The translations under genes and the position numbers were made by a program. A model generated the notes under the pieces. That model was not told the DNA's origin, searched no databases, and was given only the letters and a program-made list of their open reading frames with translations. Below, one piece after another: positions 1 through 9,405 of a stretch of DNA of 54,028 nucleotides. How positions within the stretch are numbered: position 1 is the stretch's first letter; each line of letters starts with the position of its first letter. This DNA comes from a virus. Taxonomy: Duplodnaviria; Caudoviricetes. The DNA lies in IMG/VR virus record IMGVR_UViG_3300021137_000021, positions 1-54,028 of that record; one strand, written 5' to 3'.

Positions 1-395
1 GGGATCTCTTCCCAACCTAAGTCAGTAAAGCTAGATGATGATGACCAGAAAGGTGCTAGCTTTGGCGTAGACCACTTACCATAGAGAACGCCCATCTCTC
101 TAAACCAGTTCTGCCACTTAGCATGGATGACGTGTCCTTCTGCAAAGATGGAAGCTAACCTAGCGGTAGGCTTATCACGGGTCTCAACATAGTTACCCTT
201 GATAGCGTGGTACTGTGCTAATGCACACCAATCGTCCTTGATGATATCTGAGGGATGAATGTAACTCATATCACGATCATCGAAAGGACGTGACAATACA
301 TGGCGCTCTACTGCGCCCATGAGTCTAGTCTCCCGCTTGTTAGCTGTAAGAAATGCTTTTAAATCTTTACTGGCAATAGTCTTAGGTTTGCCCAT
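1..395 (-). CDS. Cas4-like / PD-(D/E)XK exonuclease, N-terminal part (runs off window; not in ORF track)
   Basis: Manual translation from ATG at 395: MGKPKTIASKDLKAFL...YIHPSDIIKDDWCALAQYH...FAEGHVIHAKWQNW. The 'HPS..C' and 'G..IH' motifs are typical of phage Cas4-like nucleases; lies beside RecA and resolvase. Confidence 0.65.
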   Translation of the reverse strand, partial: MGKPKTIASKDLKAFLTANKRETRLMGAVERHVLSRPFDDRDMSYIHPSDIIKDDWCALAQYHAIKGNYVETRDKPTARLASIFAEGHVIHAKWQNWFREMGVLYGKWSTPKLAPFWSSSSSFTDLGWEEI

Positions 396-720
396 ACTTT
401 CTGCCCTCTTTCTCAAACCACTCTTCTAGAGTGATCCCCAGTTTTTTAATCCTGCGCTCTACAGCATTTCGCTCTCGGTGAGACATGCCACCAAATATTC
501 CATGCTGTTCCGATTTTAGTATAGCCTCTTTTAGGCACTCTTGTCTAACCGGGCATGGAGGCTGACCGTCTTTACCCCAGCATATTGCTTTCGCTTTGTC
601 TGCGATAGGTTTGTATAGCGCCTTATCACGTGGAGGAAAGAAAATTTCTGTGTCTTCTCCTTGACACTTTGCGTCGTAACGCCATGTCCATGAGGGGTCG
701 TCAGAGTAACGTAAAACCAA
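382..720 (-). CDS. whiB: WhiB-family transcription factor
   Basis: AKC...FFP...AKAIC...CPVRQECL...GIFGGMSHRER: four Cys plus G(I/V)(W/F)GG turn. Confidence 0.92.
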   Translation of the reverse strand: MVLRYSDDPSWTWRYDAKCQGEDTEIFFPPRDKALYKPIADKAKAICWGKDGQPPCPVRQECLKEAILKSEQHGIFGGMSHRERNAVERRIKKLGITLEEWFEKEGRKYGQT

Positions 721-1068
721 TTATTCACCTTGTTCATCGTGGCCCCCCACTCCCTTATTGTACATTGCATCAGTCAATTCATGAAAATGGTGCTCAAGGA
801 TGATGACATAGTCTTCCCCGTCTAAGTGGAAAGCTAGCACCGGTTCACGGCTATCTAGGATCGCCTCTGTGGTGATCTTATCTAGGATAGTTGACTGGAT
901 GCTGAAAGATTTCTTGCTAGTCCACTTGTGCTCAAAGAGATAGTGGTCATTCCGCACATCGCCCTTCCGGGACCAGAAGGCCCCAGAAGCAGCGCTGCGT
1001 GCCCCGTCAGTTAACTTAGCCAGCCTCTTCTCATGCTTGAGAGACTGCTTTTGACCCTCACTCTTCAT
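721..1068 (-). CDS. Holliday junction resolvase-like PD-(D/E)XK nuclease
   Basis: HEKRLAK...SGA...KGDV...FEHK motif arrangement; directly downstream of recA. Confidence 0.7.
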   Translation of the reverse strand: MKSEGQKQSLKHEKRLAKLTDGARSAASGAFWSRKGDVRNDHYLFEHKWTSKKSFSIQSTILDKITTEAILDSREPVLAFHLDGEDYVIILEHHFHELTDAMYNKGVGGHDEQGE

Positions 1069-2119
1069 CTGGGGCTTCCAGCATTAATGCCGGACTATTC
1101 TTAAGAGTATCCATAACAGCTGCACTGATCTCATCCCTGAGGTCAATCTCTTCTCTTAGAGAATCAATAAGAGCCTGAGAGCCCTGCCACTTACGGTCTT
1201 TGTAATACATCCAGCCGCCACGACGGTCTACGATACCATTGAGGATAGCCAGAGCAATGATCTCTTTGCCGGTGTCATAGCCTCCGCCGTTAACCGGACC
1301 ACCCTCTGCAAAGTAGAAGTCTAGGTAAGCAGTCTGCTGTGGGGGATAGGTCTTGTTCTTAATAGTACGGACACGGATGGTCTGCCCCACACGCCTCTTC
1401 TCCTGTCCGGTGCCTACCTCAAGCCAATCGTCACGCTTTACTTCGCAACGAACGCTGTAGGCGTAGTCTTTGCCAAGACCTCCAGGCGTAGTACGAGGAT
1501 CGCCGTGCATGACGCCAATCTTCATACGGTATTGGTTGATCATGATGCCCAAGACTGGGCGCTCTGATTCAATCAAATCACGCTTTGTAGCTGATGAAAC
1601 TTTACGGAAGAACTTGTTGGTGATTAATGCTCCTCGCCCCACAGTAAATTCTTCCATGTGCTTCTCATCTTCCGCACTAGGAACCAAAGCAGGAAGGGAA
1701 TCAATAACAACCATATCCACCGCTTTGCTTTCCATGAACTGAATAACTGCGTCAAATGCATCCTCCATACCATTAGTCTCTACAATGATTACACGCTCAG
1801 TATCAACCCCGCATAGTTCTGCGTACTCAGGGTCAAAGTCCTCGGCAGCAATCCAGACAGCTGTGAACTCTGGGTTCTTAGCCTGGTTGGCTGCGATTGT
1901 CTTAAGTGCTAGAGCTGTCTTGCCGTGAGATGCCTCACCTACAAGCTCAACCCATCGGTTCATAGGCCAACCCCCACCAAGAACTACGTCTAGGGTGAGT
2001 GAGCCTGTTGGGATACGGTTAGGAAGATTGACTTCGCTAGCACGTACGACTGTGCCAGCACCAAGCTTCTTGTTGATATTAGCTACTACCTTTAATGCTT
2101 CTGCATTTAGAACTGCCAT
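1058..2119 (-). CDS. recA: RecA recombinase
   Basis: IPTGSLTLDVVLGGGWP, Walker A GEASHGKT, VVIDSLPALVP, INQYRMKIGVMHGDPRTTPGG. Confidence 0.97.
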   Translation of the reverse strand: MAVLNAEALKVVANINKKLGAGTVVRASEVNLPNRIPTGSLTLDVVLGGGWPMNRWVELVGEASHGKTALALKTIAANQAKNPEFTAVWIAAEDFDPEYAELCGVDTERVIIVETNGMEDAFDAVIQFMESKAVDMVVIDSLPALVPSAEDEKHMEEFTVGRGALITNKFFRKVSSATKRDLIESERPVLGIMINQYRMKIGVMHGDPRTTPGGLGKDYAYSVRCEVKRDDWLEVGTGQEKRRVGQTIRVRTIKNKTYPPQQTAYLDFYFAEGGPVNGGGYDTGKEIIALAILNGIVDRRGGWMYYKDRKWQGSQALIDSLREEIDLRDEISAAVMDTLKNSPALMLEAPDEE

Positions 2120-2505
2120 TAACCGATCCTATCTACGATAATATTTGGATTAAATCCTGCACCTTGACCTACTTGTTTAGCCGGAGTAGCATTACCTCCA
2201 CCACTTCCTCCCGGCATTCCTGCACCGGAACCTTGCTGCAACAACGGGTAACCACAGTCGTAGCATCTAGCACGCTGTGAACCTTGTGGGGCAAAGTAAT
2301 TGCCTGAATAACAATTAGGACAGTTATCAGCTTGCCTCTGGCTCTGAGCCTTAGTCAAGGTCTGATCTGTCTTAGGATCATAGGTAACTGGTGCATTGCC
2401 TTGTGAAGGCCTGTATACAGTTCCAGGATTAGGAGTTACTGGAGGAGTACTGCTGGGAGCAGGTGCTCCGCCTCCAAGCTTACTTGCCCACCAATCATTC
2501 GCCAC
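2119..2505 (-). CDS. Hypothetical protein with zinc ribbon
   Basis: CPNC...CYDC; Pro/Gly-rich flanks; abuts neighbours. Confidence 0.7.
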   Translation of the reverse strand: MANDWWASKLGGGAPAPSSTPPVTPNPGTVYRPSQGNAPVTYDPKTDQTLTKAQSQRQADNCPNCYSGNYFAPQGSQRARCYDCGYPLLQQGSGAGMPGGSGGGNATPAKQVGQGAGFNPNIIVDRIG

Positions 2506-2935
2506 GTTTTGTTCCTTTCTCCTCTATGAGACCTAAGTTAAATAATGTAGAGACGCAAGATAATGTTGAGGATAGAGCTACTAACCTAAAGAGCTTAGTT
2601 AGGTTCTCTAAATCTTCTAGCCCAAACTTCTCTAGCTCGTAGTCATCTTCTAATGCGTATGCTGATACAGCAATCTTTGATGAGATCTCTGCATGTGAAT
2701 CTATAAACGGAATAAGTTGAGAGAACCTTTCCAACCTATCCTGGCTGGCACGCTCCTCCATCTCAGCTACTTCGTCTGAGATAGGTGGAAGTCCCATAGC
2801 CTCTGCAATCTCTTCTGCAGGCATAAGCATAGAGTCATAGATGACCTGCCTAATGAGTACAGGAAGAGGAGTATGTGTTACCCGGTTGTCCTCAAAGACA
2901 ACCCTCTTCTGCTTCTTCTTGAAACGATCAAACAT
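2495..2935 (-). CDS. Hypothetical protein
   Basis: 146-aa ORF coupled to the polA stop; no motif recognised. Confidence 0.7.
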   Translation of the reverse strand: MFDRFKKKQKRVVFEDNRVTHTPLPVLIRQVIYDSMLMPAEEIAEAMGLPPISDEVAEMEERASQDRLERFSQLIPFIDSHAEISSKIAVSAYALEDDYELEKFGLEDLENLTKLFRLVALSSTLSCVSTLFNLGLIEEKGTKRGE

Positions 2936-4911
2936 TACTTGGCCTCTCCCCAGCGCTGTACAGTCTTCACATCTGCAATCATAGGGATGTCAAGAGCTTT
3001 AATACCTTCCATAGCCTCACGAATTGCTGCCTCTGTTTCCTCTGCCAAACTATCAGGAGTAACAGTAACTAGTTCATCATGGATAGTAAGAATTAAGCTA
3101 GCCTCATCCGGAATCATCTTGTGAGCTCTGATCATAGCAAGCTTAATCAAGTCTGCTGAAGAGCCCTGGATAACTGTGTTAAACGCCTGACGTTCTGCTC
3201 TAGAGCGTTCCCATTGAACACCAGAGCGTAGATCAGGAAGGTAGCGGCGACGTCCCATGTAGGTAATTGCATAAGGAACCGGACCACGGTTACGGCTTTC
3301 AGTGATGATCTGCTTCTTGTACCTAGATACTGATGGGAACTTCTTCATAAAGGAGTCCAGCAGATCTCTAGCTTCGTTAACAGATACGCCAATGGATGTG
3401 GCGATCTTGTCAGGTCCCACACCGTACATCATGGCTAGGACTAAAGTTTTGGCAGCAGATCGGTCTACCCCTACGGTGCTGCCGATGGTGGTATAAATGT
3501 CCACACCATCCATATATGAGCCACACAAGATTCTGTCTTTACTGAACGACGCAAGTACACGTGGTTCAATCTGAGAGTAGTCAGCTACCACTAGCTTGTA
3601 GCCCTCAGGTGCAATAAACAAGTTACGGATAGCCTTACCGTTCTTAGTACGTGGGTTAGGCACGTTTTGAAGATTAGGGTTACGACTTGAGAAACGACCG
3701 GTCTCTGCACCATACTGAATGAAGTCAGTGTGGATACGGTTCTTGATCATAATAGACTTCTTAGCAACGGTCTTAGACTTACCCGCAGTTGTGCGTGTAA
3801 TGTCTCCACCCAAGTAAGGAATCACATAAGTGGTTAGAAGTTTATTAAGATCTGAATACTGTAAGAGAGCATCTACCAAAGCATCCTTGCCCTCAAACAT
3901 CTTGATAGCAGGCTCAGCTACGGAGTATTCATTGACCGTAGGGTTCTTACCCTCATCCACCCGCTTCTGTCCTGCAGGAGTTAGGAGCTTAGGACGTAGA
4001 CCACGCCCACCCTCTGCCTTCTTAGAAAAGAGAATAGACTGTTTCTCAGGCACGCTATTAATGTTAAAAGCTTTGCCAGCAAACTTATAGATGTTTGCCT
4101 TACAGACCTCAAGCTGAAGTTCTAGATCTGCTTTGAGGGTAGCCAAGGAATCCACGTCAATATCTGCGCCACGTAGTTCCATGTTACAGATAACCTCAAG
4201 TACATCCATCTCAAGATGGAAGATACCGGAGAGCTTGTCGTTGCCTAGGTCTTGCTCGTACTTCTTGTAGAGCTTCCAAGTCCACTCAGCATCTAGGCCG
4301 GCATACGTAGCCACCTCATCAAAGGAATACTTCTCTACCTCTTTACCAACGCCCTTAACCATTTCATATCCAAGCTCACGCTTCAAGCAGTCAGCAAGAC
4401 CTAGGTGTAGGCTGTTACGGGTATTGAGAACAAACGCAGCATTGAGCGTACAGAAGTATGGCTGTGCTGGCAGCTCCTTAAGATACTTTGTAACGCTCTG
4501 TAAATCAAACTTTAGGTTGTGGCCGATCTTAAGCTTATCGCCTGTGAACAAAGGCTTAAGTTTTTTAAATACCTCTGCAGGAGTTAGCTGATCAGGAGCC
4601 TCTGTAAAAATCTTTGTAGCCTTACGCTCATCCTTACTATAATCAGAAGGACGGATAGGCAACCCCTTTAGAATACGCTCTTTAACTGAGGGAAGCAATG
4701 GAAATTCAGTGCGTACGTAATCACCGTTTGGATGTCCCATAGGGATAACATCTACACGGCCTTCTGTAGCCATGGCGATCCATGTAACAATATTAAGACG
4801 TGGATCTCCACGGTGATCGCCTACTGTTTCAACGTCAAATACAAAAGAGTCTTGTGCCATATAGGCATCAAATACCTCGTTGAGTTGTTCAGTGGTTGTA
4901 ACTATATTCAT
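2935..4911 (-). CDS. polA: DNA polymerase family A with 3'-5' exonuclease domain
   Basis: ExoI FDVET, GHNLKFD, YAGLDA; TGRFSSRNPNLQNVP; motif A ADYSQIEPR; motif B KTLVLAMMYG; motif C IHDEL. Confidence 0.96.
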   Translation of the reverse strand: MNIVTTTEQLNEVFDAYMAQDSFVFDVETVGDHRGDPRLNIVTWIAMATEGRVDVIPMGHPNGDYVRTEFPLLPSVKERILKGLPIRPSDYSKDERKATKIFTEAPDQLTPAEVFKKLKPLFTGDKLKIGHNLKFDLQSVTKYLKELPAQPYFCTLNAAFVLNTRNSLHLGLADCLKRELGYEMVKGVGKEVEKYSFDEVATYAGLDAEWTWKLYKKYEQDLGNDKLSGIFHLEMDVLEVICNMELRGADIDVDSLATLKADLELQLEVCKANIYKFAGKAFNINSVPEKQSILFSKKAEGGRGLRPKLLTPAGQKRVDEGKNPTVNEYSVAEPAIKMFEGKDALVDALLQYSDLNKLLTTYVIPYLGGDITRTTAGKSKTVAKKSIMIKNRIHTDFIQYGAETGRFSSRNPNLQNVPNPRTKNGKAIRNLFIAPEGYKLVVADYSQIEPRVLASFSKDRILCGSYMDGVDIYTTIGSTVGVDRSAAKTLVLAMMYGVGPDKIATSIGVSVNEARDLLDSFMKKFPSVSRYKKQIITESRNRGPVPYAITYMGRRRYLPDLRSGVQWERSRAERQAFNTVIQGSSADLIKLAMIRAHKMIPDEASLILTIHDELVTVTPDSLAEETEAAIREAMEGIKALDIPMIADVKTVQRWGEAK

Positions 4912-4927
4912 TGCTCTCCCTCAGTTG

Positions 4928-4973
4928 TGTTAAGGGCCCGGAAAGAAAGGAGGTAAAAACCAGGCCCTCAACA
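4928..4973 (-). promoter_or_regulatory. 14-bp stem-loop with anti-Shine-Dalgarno loop upstream of polA
   Basis: Minus strand TGTTGAGGGCCTGG / CCGGGCCCTTAACA (two G-U pairs) encloses TTTTTACCTCCTTTCTTT. Confidence 0.6.
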
Positions 4974-4987
4974 TTTAATGGACTAGA

Positions 4988-5686
4988 TTAGTTAGCTGAT
5001 GCAATCTCACGAGCGATCTCAGCCAATTCAGCCTTAGTGGACGTGTGGAGAGCTTCAGGTCCAAGAGGTTTCATTGTCTTAATCAACTCAGCACAAGCGA
5101 CTGGGTCTAGTTGCCATTCCTCAGCAAGGTCACGTTCCTTCACAGGAACAACCGAATAAGTAGTCTTCTGACCTGTGCCAGACTTGCTTACAGCCCAGTA
5201 AAGATCTGGACGGTTAAGTGGGCCTGTCTTAGGATTAGAAGCAAGCTTCTCAAGTTGACCACAAAGACGAACACCAATGGTCATAAGTTGGACCTGTGGA
5301 TCTTCATCTGAGAGGTTGAGAACAGTGAATGCAAACTTTTGATCTGGCTTACTGCCAACTGCAATTAGTGGATCATCTTCACCGATGCTGATAAATGACT
5401 TCTTACCAGGACGGTTGATCCAGTGCTGCATGAAGACCATAGGTTCGTCTGAGATAAACTTAATTAGTTGTACATCTTCATCAAAACGGAAGTCTGTAGC
5501 AAATGTACGAGTAGGCTTAGCTGCCGCCTTTTTAGCTGCTTCCCAACCTGTTTGAATAACAGATGAGTGTGCAGGTACTTCGTTTTCGTCTTCTTCAATA
5601 AACAATTCAGCAACTTCTTCAGCTGTCTCGGTTGCGTATTGATCAACGTTTGGAACGTCTGACTTGATTTTAAGTGAGCTGGTCAT
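4988..5686 (-). CDS. Single-stranded DNA-binding protein (gp32-like)
   Basis: LIKF...FMQHWI...DDPL...YWAVSKSGTGQKTTYSV pattern; acidic N-terminus; next to polA. Confidence 0.65.
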   Translation of the reverse strand: MTSSLKIKSDVPNVDQYATETAEEVAELFIEEDENEVPAHSSVIQTGWEAAKKAAAKPTRTFATDFRFDEDVQLIKFISDEPMVFMQHWINRPGKKSFISIGEDDPLIAVGSKPDQKFAFTVLNLSDEDPQVQLMTIGVRLCGQLEKLASNPKTGPLNRPDLYWAVSKSGTGQKTTYSVVPVKERDLAEEWQLDPVACAELIKTMKPLGPEALHTSTKAELAEIAREIASAN

Positions 5687-5742
5687 GTTGACCCTTTCGG
5701 TAGTTGGTTGATATCTGGGACTATAGTCCGTACGATAGGTTG

Positions 5743-6210
5743 TTAGTTTGTTTCTTGATCATGAATCTTCTTCCAGGTTTCTGCTAACTCAATAGACAGA
5801 TCTGGGTGACGATTCCAATCAACTCTCGGAGACCCAATGAGACCCCGATCTTGGAAGCTTTTAATAGTTGCCTCAATCATTACTTTGGAATACATACGCC
5901 AACCTGGCTTCTTTACTCCATCAACGATCATAGACTTAAGACGATAGGGTGCACGTGGAATGTATCCTTTGCGTTCCCAAAGTCTTACTGTAACTACTGG
6001 CCTTCCCAGTGCTTGGCACAATGACCCTACACTGTAAAGTTCTACCGACTTTCCATTCGGTAATGTTTTTACCTGTGGATTTGCATCCCAGGAATCTAGT
6101 ATTGCCGGCTTCTTTGCTGCCACACCTGGCTCTAAAGGACGGCGTTTCCTTTTAGACCCTGGATAAAACTCTTCTAAGTCCTCAAAGAACTTATCAACAT
6201 TGTCTTCCAT
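5743..6210 (-). CDS. MerR-like helix-turn-helix DNA-binding protein
   Basis: LYSVGSLCQALGRPVVTVRLWERKGYIP...WRMYS. Confidence 0.75.
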   Translation of the reverse strand: MEDNVDKFFEDLEEFYPGSKRKRRPLEPGVAAKKPAILDSWDANPQVKTLPNGKSVELYSVGSLCQALGRPVVTVRLWERKGYIPRAPYRLKSMIVDGVKKPGWRMYSKVMIEATIKSFQDRGLIGSPRVDWNRHPDLSIELAETWKKIHDQETN

Positions 6211-6211
6211 G

Positions 6212-6649
6212 CTATTCCTCTACGATATAAAAAGCATATGAGACACTCTTAGGGAACATCTCATCAATCTCCTCTTCTGTGAGAAGACCATCGTAGAGAC
6301 AAGCCATTACTTCTGACTCATCTAGTACTGGAATCATCTTAAAGCAGCGGTCATAGATATCCTTTTTCTTTAGGATATCTTCTGCTACGGCTTGGTTTAA
6401 GGATTGCGATACACGGCGCTGACGTTTAAGAGCTGTTACGCCTGCAACATTCTCAGGCAGCTCATAGATAAGGTGTCCCTTTTCATCAGGCTCTCCATCA
6501 GTGTCTACGATATCAGACAGTTCTGACTTGAGTTTGCCCACATCTTTAGACATATCGTCAATACGACGCTTAATAGTAATATACTCAGCAACCTTAGCTA
6601 ACAAGGGGTTGGCTGGCTTTGGACTTTCTTTTTCAATAACCTTTGGCAT
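6212..6649 (-). CDS. Hypothetical protein (N-terminal coiled coil)
   Basis: GGAGG RBS; heptad-like N-terminal half. Confidence 0.75.
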   Translation of the reverse strand: MPKVIEKESPKPANPLLAKVAEYITIKRRIDDMSKDVGKLKSELSDIVDTDGEPDEKGHLIYELPENVAGVTALKRQRRVSQSLNQAVAEDILKKKDIYDRCFKMIPVLDESEVMACLYDGLLTEEEIDEMFPKSVSYAFYIVEE

Positions 6650-6669
6650 GAGTCTCTCCTCCTGCCTTT

Positions 6670-6698
6670 AGGATACCCGATTATTTTAGGGATTGCAA
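6670..6698 (-). promoter_or_regulatory. SigA/sigma70-like promoter
   Basis: TTGCAA-17 nt-TATCCT upstream of the GGAGG RBS of 6212..6649. Confidence 0.55.
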
Positions 6699-6842
6699 AT
6701 CGGTATCTAAATAGGCTCTAAGAGCCTCAATAATTACGTCCGTAACGGTACGCTTGTCTTCGGCTGCCTTGGTCTTGACAGCAGACCAGAGCTCATCTGA
6801 TACCCGGATGGTGCGGGTTGGGGTCTTCGGTGCGTTCGGCAT
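6681..6842 (-). CDS. Ribbon-helix-helix (Arc/CopG-like) DNA-binding protein, 53 aa (not in ORF track)
   Basis: Manual translation MPNAPKTPTRTIRVSDELWSAVKTKAAEDKRTVTDVIIEALRAYLDTDLQSLK: beta strand plus two helices. Confidence 0.82.
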   Translation of the reverse strand: MPNAPKTPTRTIRVSDELWSAVKTKAAEDKRTVTDVIIEALRAYLDTDLQSLK

Positions 6843-6854
6843 AGTGGTACAAGT

Positions 6855-8405
6855 CTAAACCGAAATGTTCTCCAAAAAAGCCCTAAGTGTTCCCACAGTT
6901 AAGTTCACCCCACCGGCCTCATTGATACCCTCACCATCAATAATGGCATTGGCTACAGACATCTTCTGTACTAACATAGAATGCTGCCGTTCTTCAATAG
7001 AACCTTCCATAAGAAAGTCCTGAATAACTATTGACGGCCATGTACTAGACGCTCTACGAATGCGCCCATTACGCTGGAGTGCGAGGCCCGCATTCCACGG
7101 GAGATCATAGTTAATGAGTAGATTAGCCTGAGGAAGATCCACGCCATAGCCACCGGCATCACTAGACACAAGAATACGACAATCTGGATCAGTTTGAAAC
7201 CAGACCTTAGATTCTTCTTTTTGTTTTGCATCCATCTCTCCAGTATATTTTGCTGACATATATCCTAAGTGCTCCATGATAAGCCAGACCATATGTACAT
7301 AGCTTGTAAAGATGACAACTTTGTTATCATCATTTTGATTTAAGAAGTCATCTACATATTGTTTGAGTGCAGCTAGCTTAGGAAACTTTGTAACCTTATC
7401 TAACAATCCGGCTTCCTTCAGCTGTCCTACATAACCGGATGTAGTGCTGGACTCCATTAGGAGATCAGGGTGATCGCACAACATTCTAAGTGCTGTTAGC
7501 TTAGACATGACCTTACCTTTTAGAGCATCCATAACATCGTTAGTCTTCTCACCGGTGTAATGAGAGAACAGATCAAAAGATGTGCCAAAAGAATCTACGG
7601 CCTCATCCAAATCGTTAAGAAGTTCCCTGGCGATATGCTTATACAGTTTAGCTCCGGCGCTATCAAAACCTACAAGAACAGGCTCAGCAAAGATGGTATC
7701 CGGTAGATATGGGGCTACATCAGGGTCTTGTTGACGCTTTCGTACTGACGCTGTGGCCATAGTCTTGCTGAGGGTTGCTAGGTTCCGGTAACGCTCTACT
7801 CCACCAAATTGGTTGCGAACAATAAAGGTCTTATCAAATAGATCAAAGCGACCAAGAACCTTGCTATCTACAAACTGCATGATGCTATAGAGCTCTTCCG
7901 GCTTACCGTTTTCAATAGGGGTTCCGGTAAGGGCAAACTTAACTGGGCTCTTTATATCCTTTACGTGCTTGGAACGCTTAGACTTAAAAGACTTAATAGC
8001 TGTTGCCTCATCGCAGATAACAAATCCACGGGATAGTAAGGAGACATAGTCCCAGTCATTTACAATCTGTTCGTAGTTTAGGATAACGTAATCAACGCCA
8101 ATGCCACTAATAGCTTCAGCGTATTGCTTTGCTCTTTGTGACCTACTTCCATCAATAACTAAAGGGATAGCAGCTCCACCGGTAAACTTTTTAATCTGCT
8201 CAGCCCACTGATACTTCAATGAAGATAAGCAGATTACTATCCCTGCGTCCTGGATCTCTCCCAGATCTTTAAGCTTTTCAATGGCAGCAATTGTCAGGAC
8301 AGTTTTACCCAGGCCAAGGTCGTAGGCCACAAGCATCTTCTTGCGATCTACCATGGCCTCTACGGCCTCAACCTGATACGGTAAAAGTGTTCCTGTAAAA
8401 CTCAT
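6855..8405 (-). CDS. SNF2-family helicase
   Basis: DLGLGKT, ICDEAT, ALTGTPIENG, GGYGVDL, QRNGRIRR. Confidence 0.93.
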   Translation of the reverse strand: MSFTGTLLPYQVEAVEAMVDRKKMLVAYDLGLGKTVLTIAAIEKLKDLGEIQDAGIVICLSSLKYQWAEQIKKFTGGAAIPLVIDGSRSQRAKQYAEAISGIGVDYVILNYEQIVNDWDYVSLLSRGFVICDEATAIKSFKSKRSKHVKDIKSPVKFALTGTPIENGKPEELYSIMQFVDSKVLGRFDLFDKTFIVRNQFGGVERYRNLATLSKTMATASVRKRQQDPDVAPYLPDTIFAEPVLVGFDSAGAKLYKHIARELLNDLDEAVDSFGTSFDLFSHYTGEKTNDVMDALKGKVMSKLTALRMLCDHPDLLMESSTTSGYVGQLKEAGLLDKVTKFPKLAALKQYVDDFLNQNDDNKVVIFTSYVHMVWLIMEHLGYMSAKYTGEMDAKQKEESKVWFQTDPDCRILVSSDAGGYGVDLPQANLLINYDLPWNAGLALQRNGRIRRASSTWPSIVIQDFLMEGSIEERQHSMLVQKMSVANAIIDGEGINEAGGVNLTVGTLRAFLENISV

Positions 8406-8851
8406 ACCAATTGCTCAGATTTCTTTTGTTTTCTTTCTAGATACTTTTCTTTACGACAAGTAGTACAGTACTTTATTAATGTTCCTGCCTTAGAAGGTTT
8501 TTCTACATCGTACTCATGCCCTCTAGGACAAAGAGAAAGGTCTGTGTTGTATACCCTTGAAATACCTCTACGAATATTTTCTTTCTTAGAGACTTCTTCA
8601 AGGTGATCTGGATTAACACAGGTCTTTACTCTACACAGATGATCTATTTGAGTGTTATCACCAAGCTTTTGTTTAAGTACTGCATAGGCCATACGGTGTA
8701 CTAGATACAACTTGCGATTGATAGCATACCTACCATAACCATCCCAAAGAGACCCTTTCCATAACCAGCAAGAGTCCGTCTTCTCAATCTTATTCCAAAA
8801 TCTATCTGGAAGTTCTTCAATTGAGTTATAGTCTAAAGAGTTATCAGCCAT
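8402..8851 (-). CDS. HNH homing endonuclease
   Basis: CWLWKG...GYG...VHR...IDHLCRVKTCVNPDHLEEVSKKEN, plus C-terminal CPRGHEY...CTTC. Confidence 0.9.
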   Translation of the reverse strand: MADNSLDYNSIEELPDRFWNKIEKTDSCWLWKGSLWDGYGRYAINRKLYLVHRMAYAVLKQKLGDNTQIDHLCRVKTCVNPDHLEEVSKKENIRRGISRVYNTDLSLCPRGHEYDVEKPSKAGTLIKYCTTCRKEKYLERKQKKSEQLV

Positions 8852-9405
8852 TAGATCCTCGCCATCAAAGTAGTCTTTACTGCAAACTCCAGATCTTCAA
8901 TAGAAGAATTGTTATGCACATAGGCATCAAACTCCCAAGCATCTAGATCATGCTCTGAGACGTGATCATTGACTGCCTTTACCCCATTACGCTCTACACG
9001 CCATATCTGTGCGTTGCCTTCTCTAAAAGGGGACTTAAGTACTACAGCCTCATTTTGAAAGCGCACATCAGTTACAACGTAGTTACCGTCTCCTGACATA
9101 GTACGAATGGCTTTAATAATCCAAATATCTTCATCAATAATAGTTCTAGCACCTACTCCCAATGCCTGGAGTAAACGACGGACTTCAGGTTCTTGTTTAG
9201 CAACATCCCAACCATCTCGGTCTACAACAGTTTTTAAATCCCATCCCCCACCGTCAAACTCAAACCCAACTATGGGATTCATTTTGTATAGAAGTTCACG
9301 AATAGGGTCAGCAAAAGCTACACGCTCAAACCCATGGTTCTCTACTAGATACTTAGCTACAGTGTCTTTACCTGACTGGGCGTACCCAGATAGTCCAATG
9401 ATCAT
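8851..9405 (-). CDS. Deoxynucleoside monophosphate kinase
   Basis: IIGLSGYAQSGKDTVA, FADPIRE, RRLLQALG, VVTDVRFQNE, HVSE. Confidence 0.88.
   Translation of the reverse strand: MIIGLSGYAQSGKDTVAKYLVENHGFERVAFADPIRELLYKMNPIVGFEFDGGGWDLKTVVDRDGWDVAKQEPEVRRLLQALGVGARTIIDEDIWIIKAIRTMSGDGNYVVTDVRFQNEAVVLKSPFREGNAQIWRVERNGVKAVNDHVSEHDLDAWEFDAYVHNNSSIEDLEFAVKTTLMARI

Noticed and set aside
1-395. Cas4-like gene as evidence of a CRISPR-Cas system
   Set aside because: No other cas genes or array; stand-alone Cas4-like nucleases are common in phage recombination modules.
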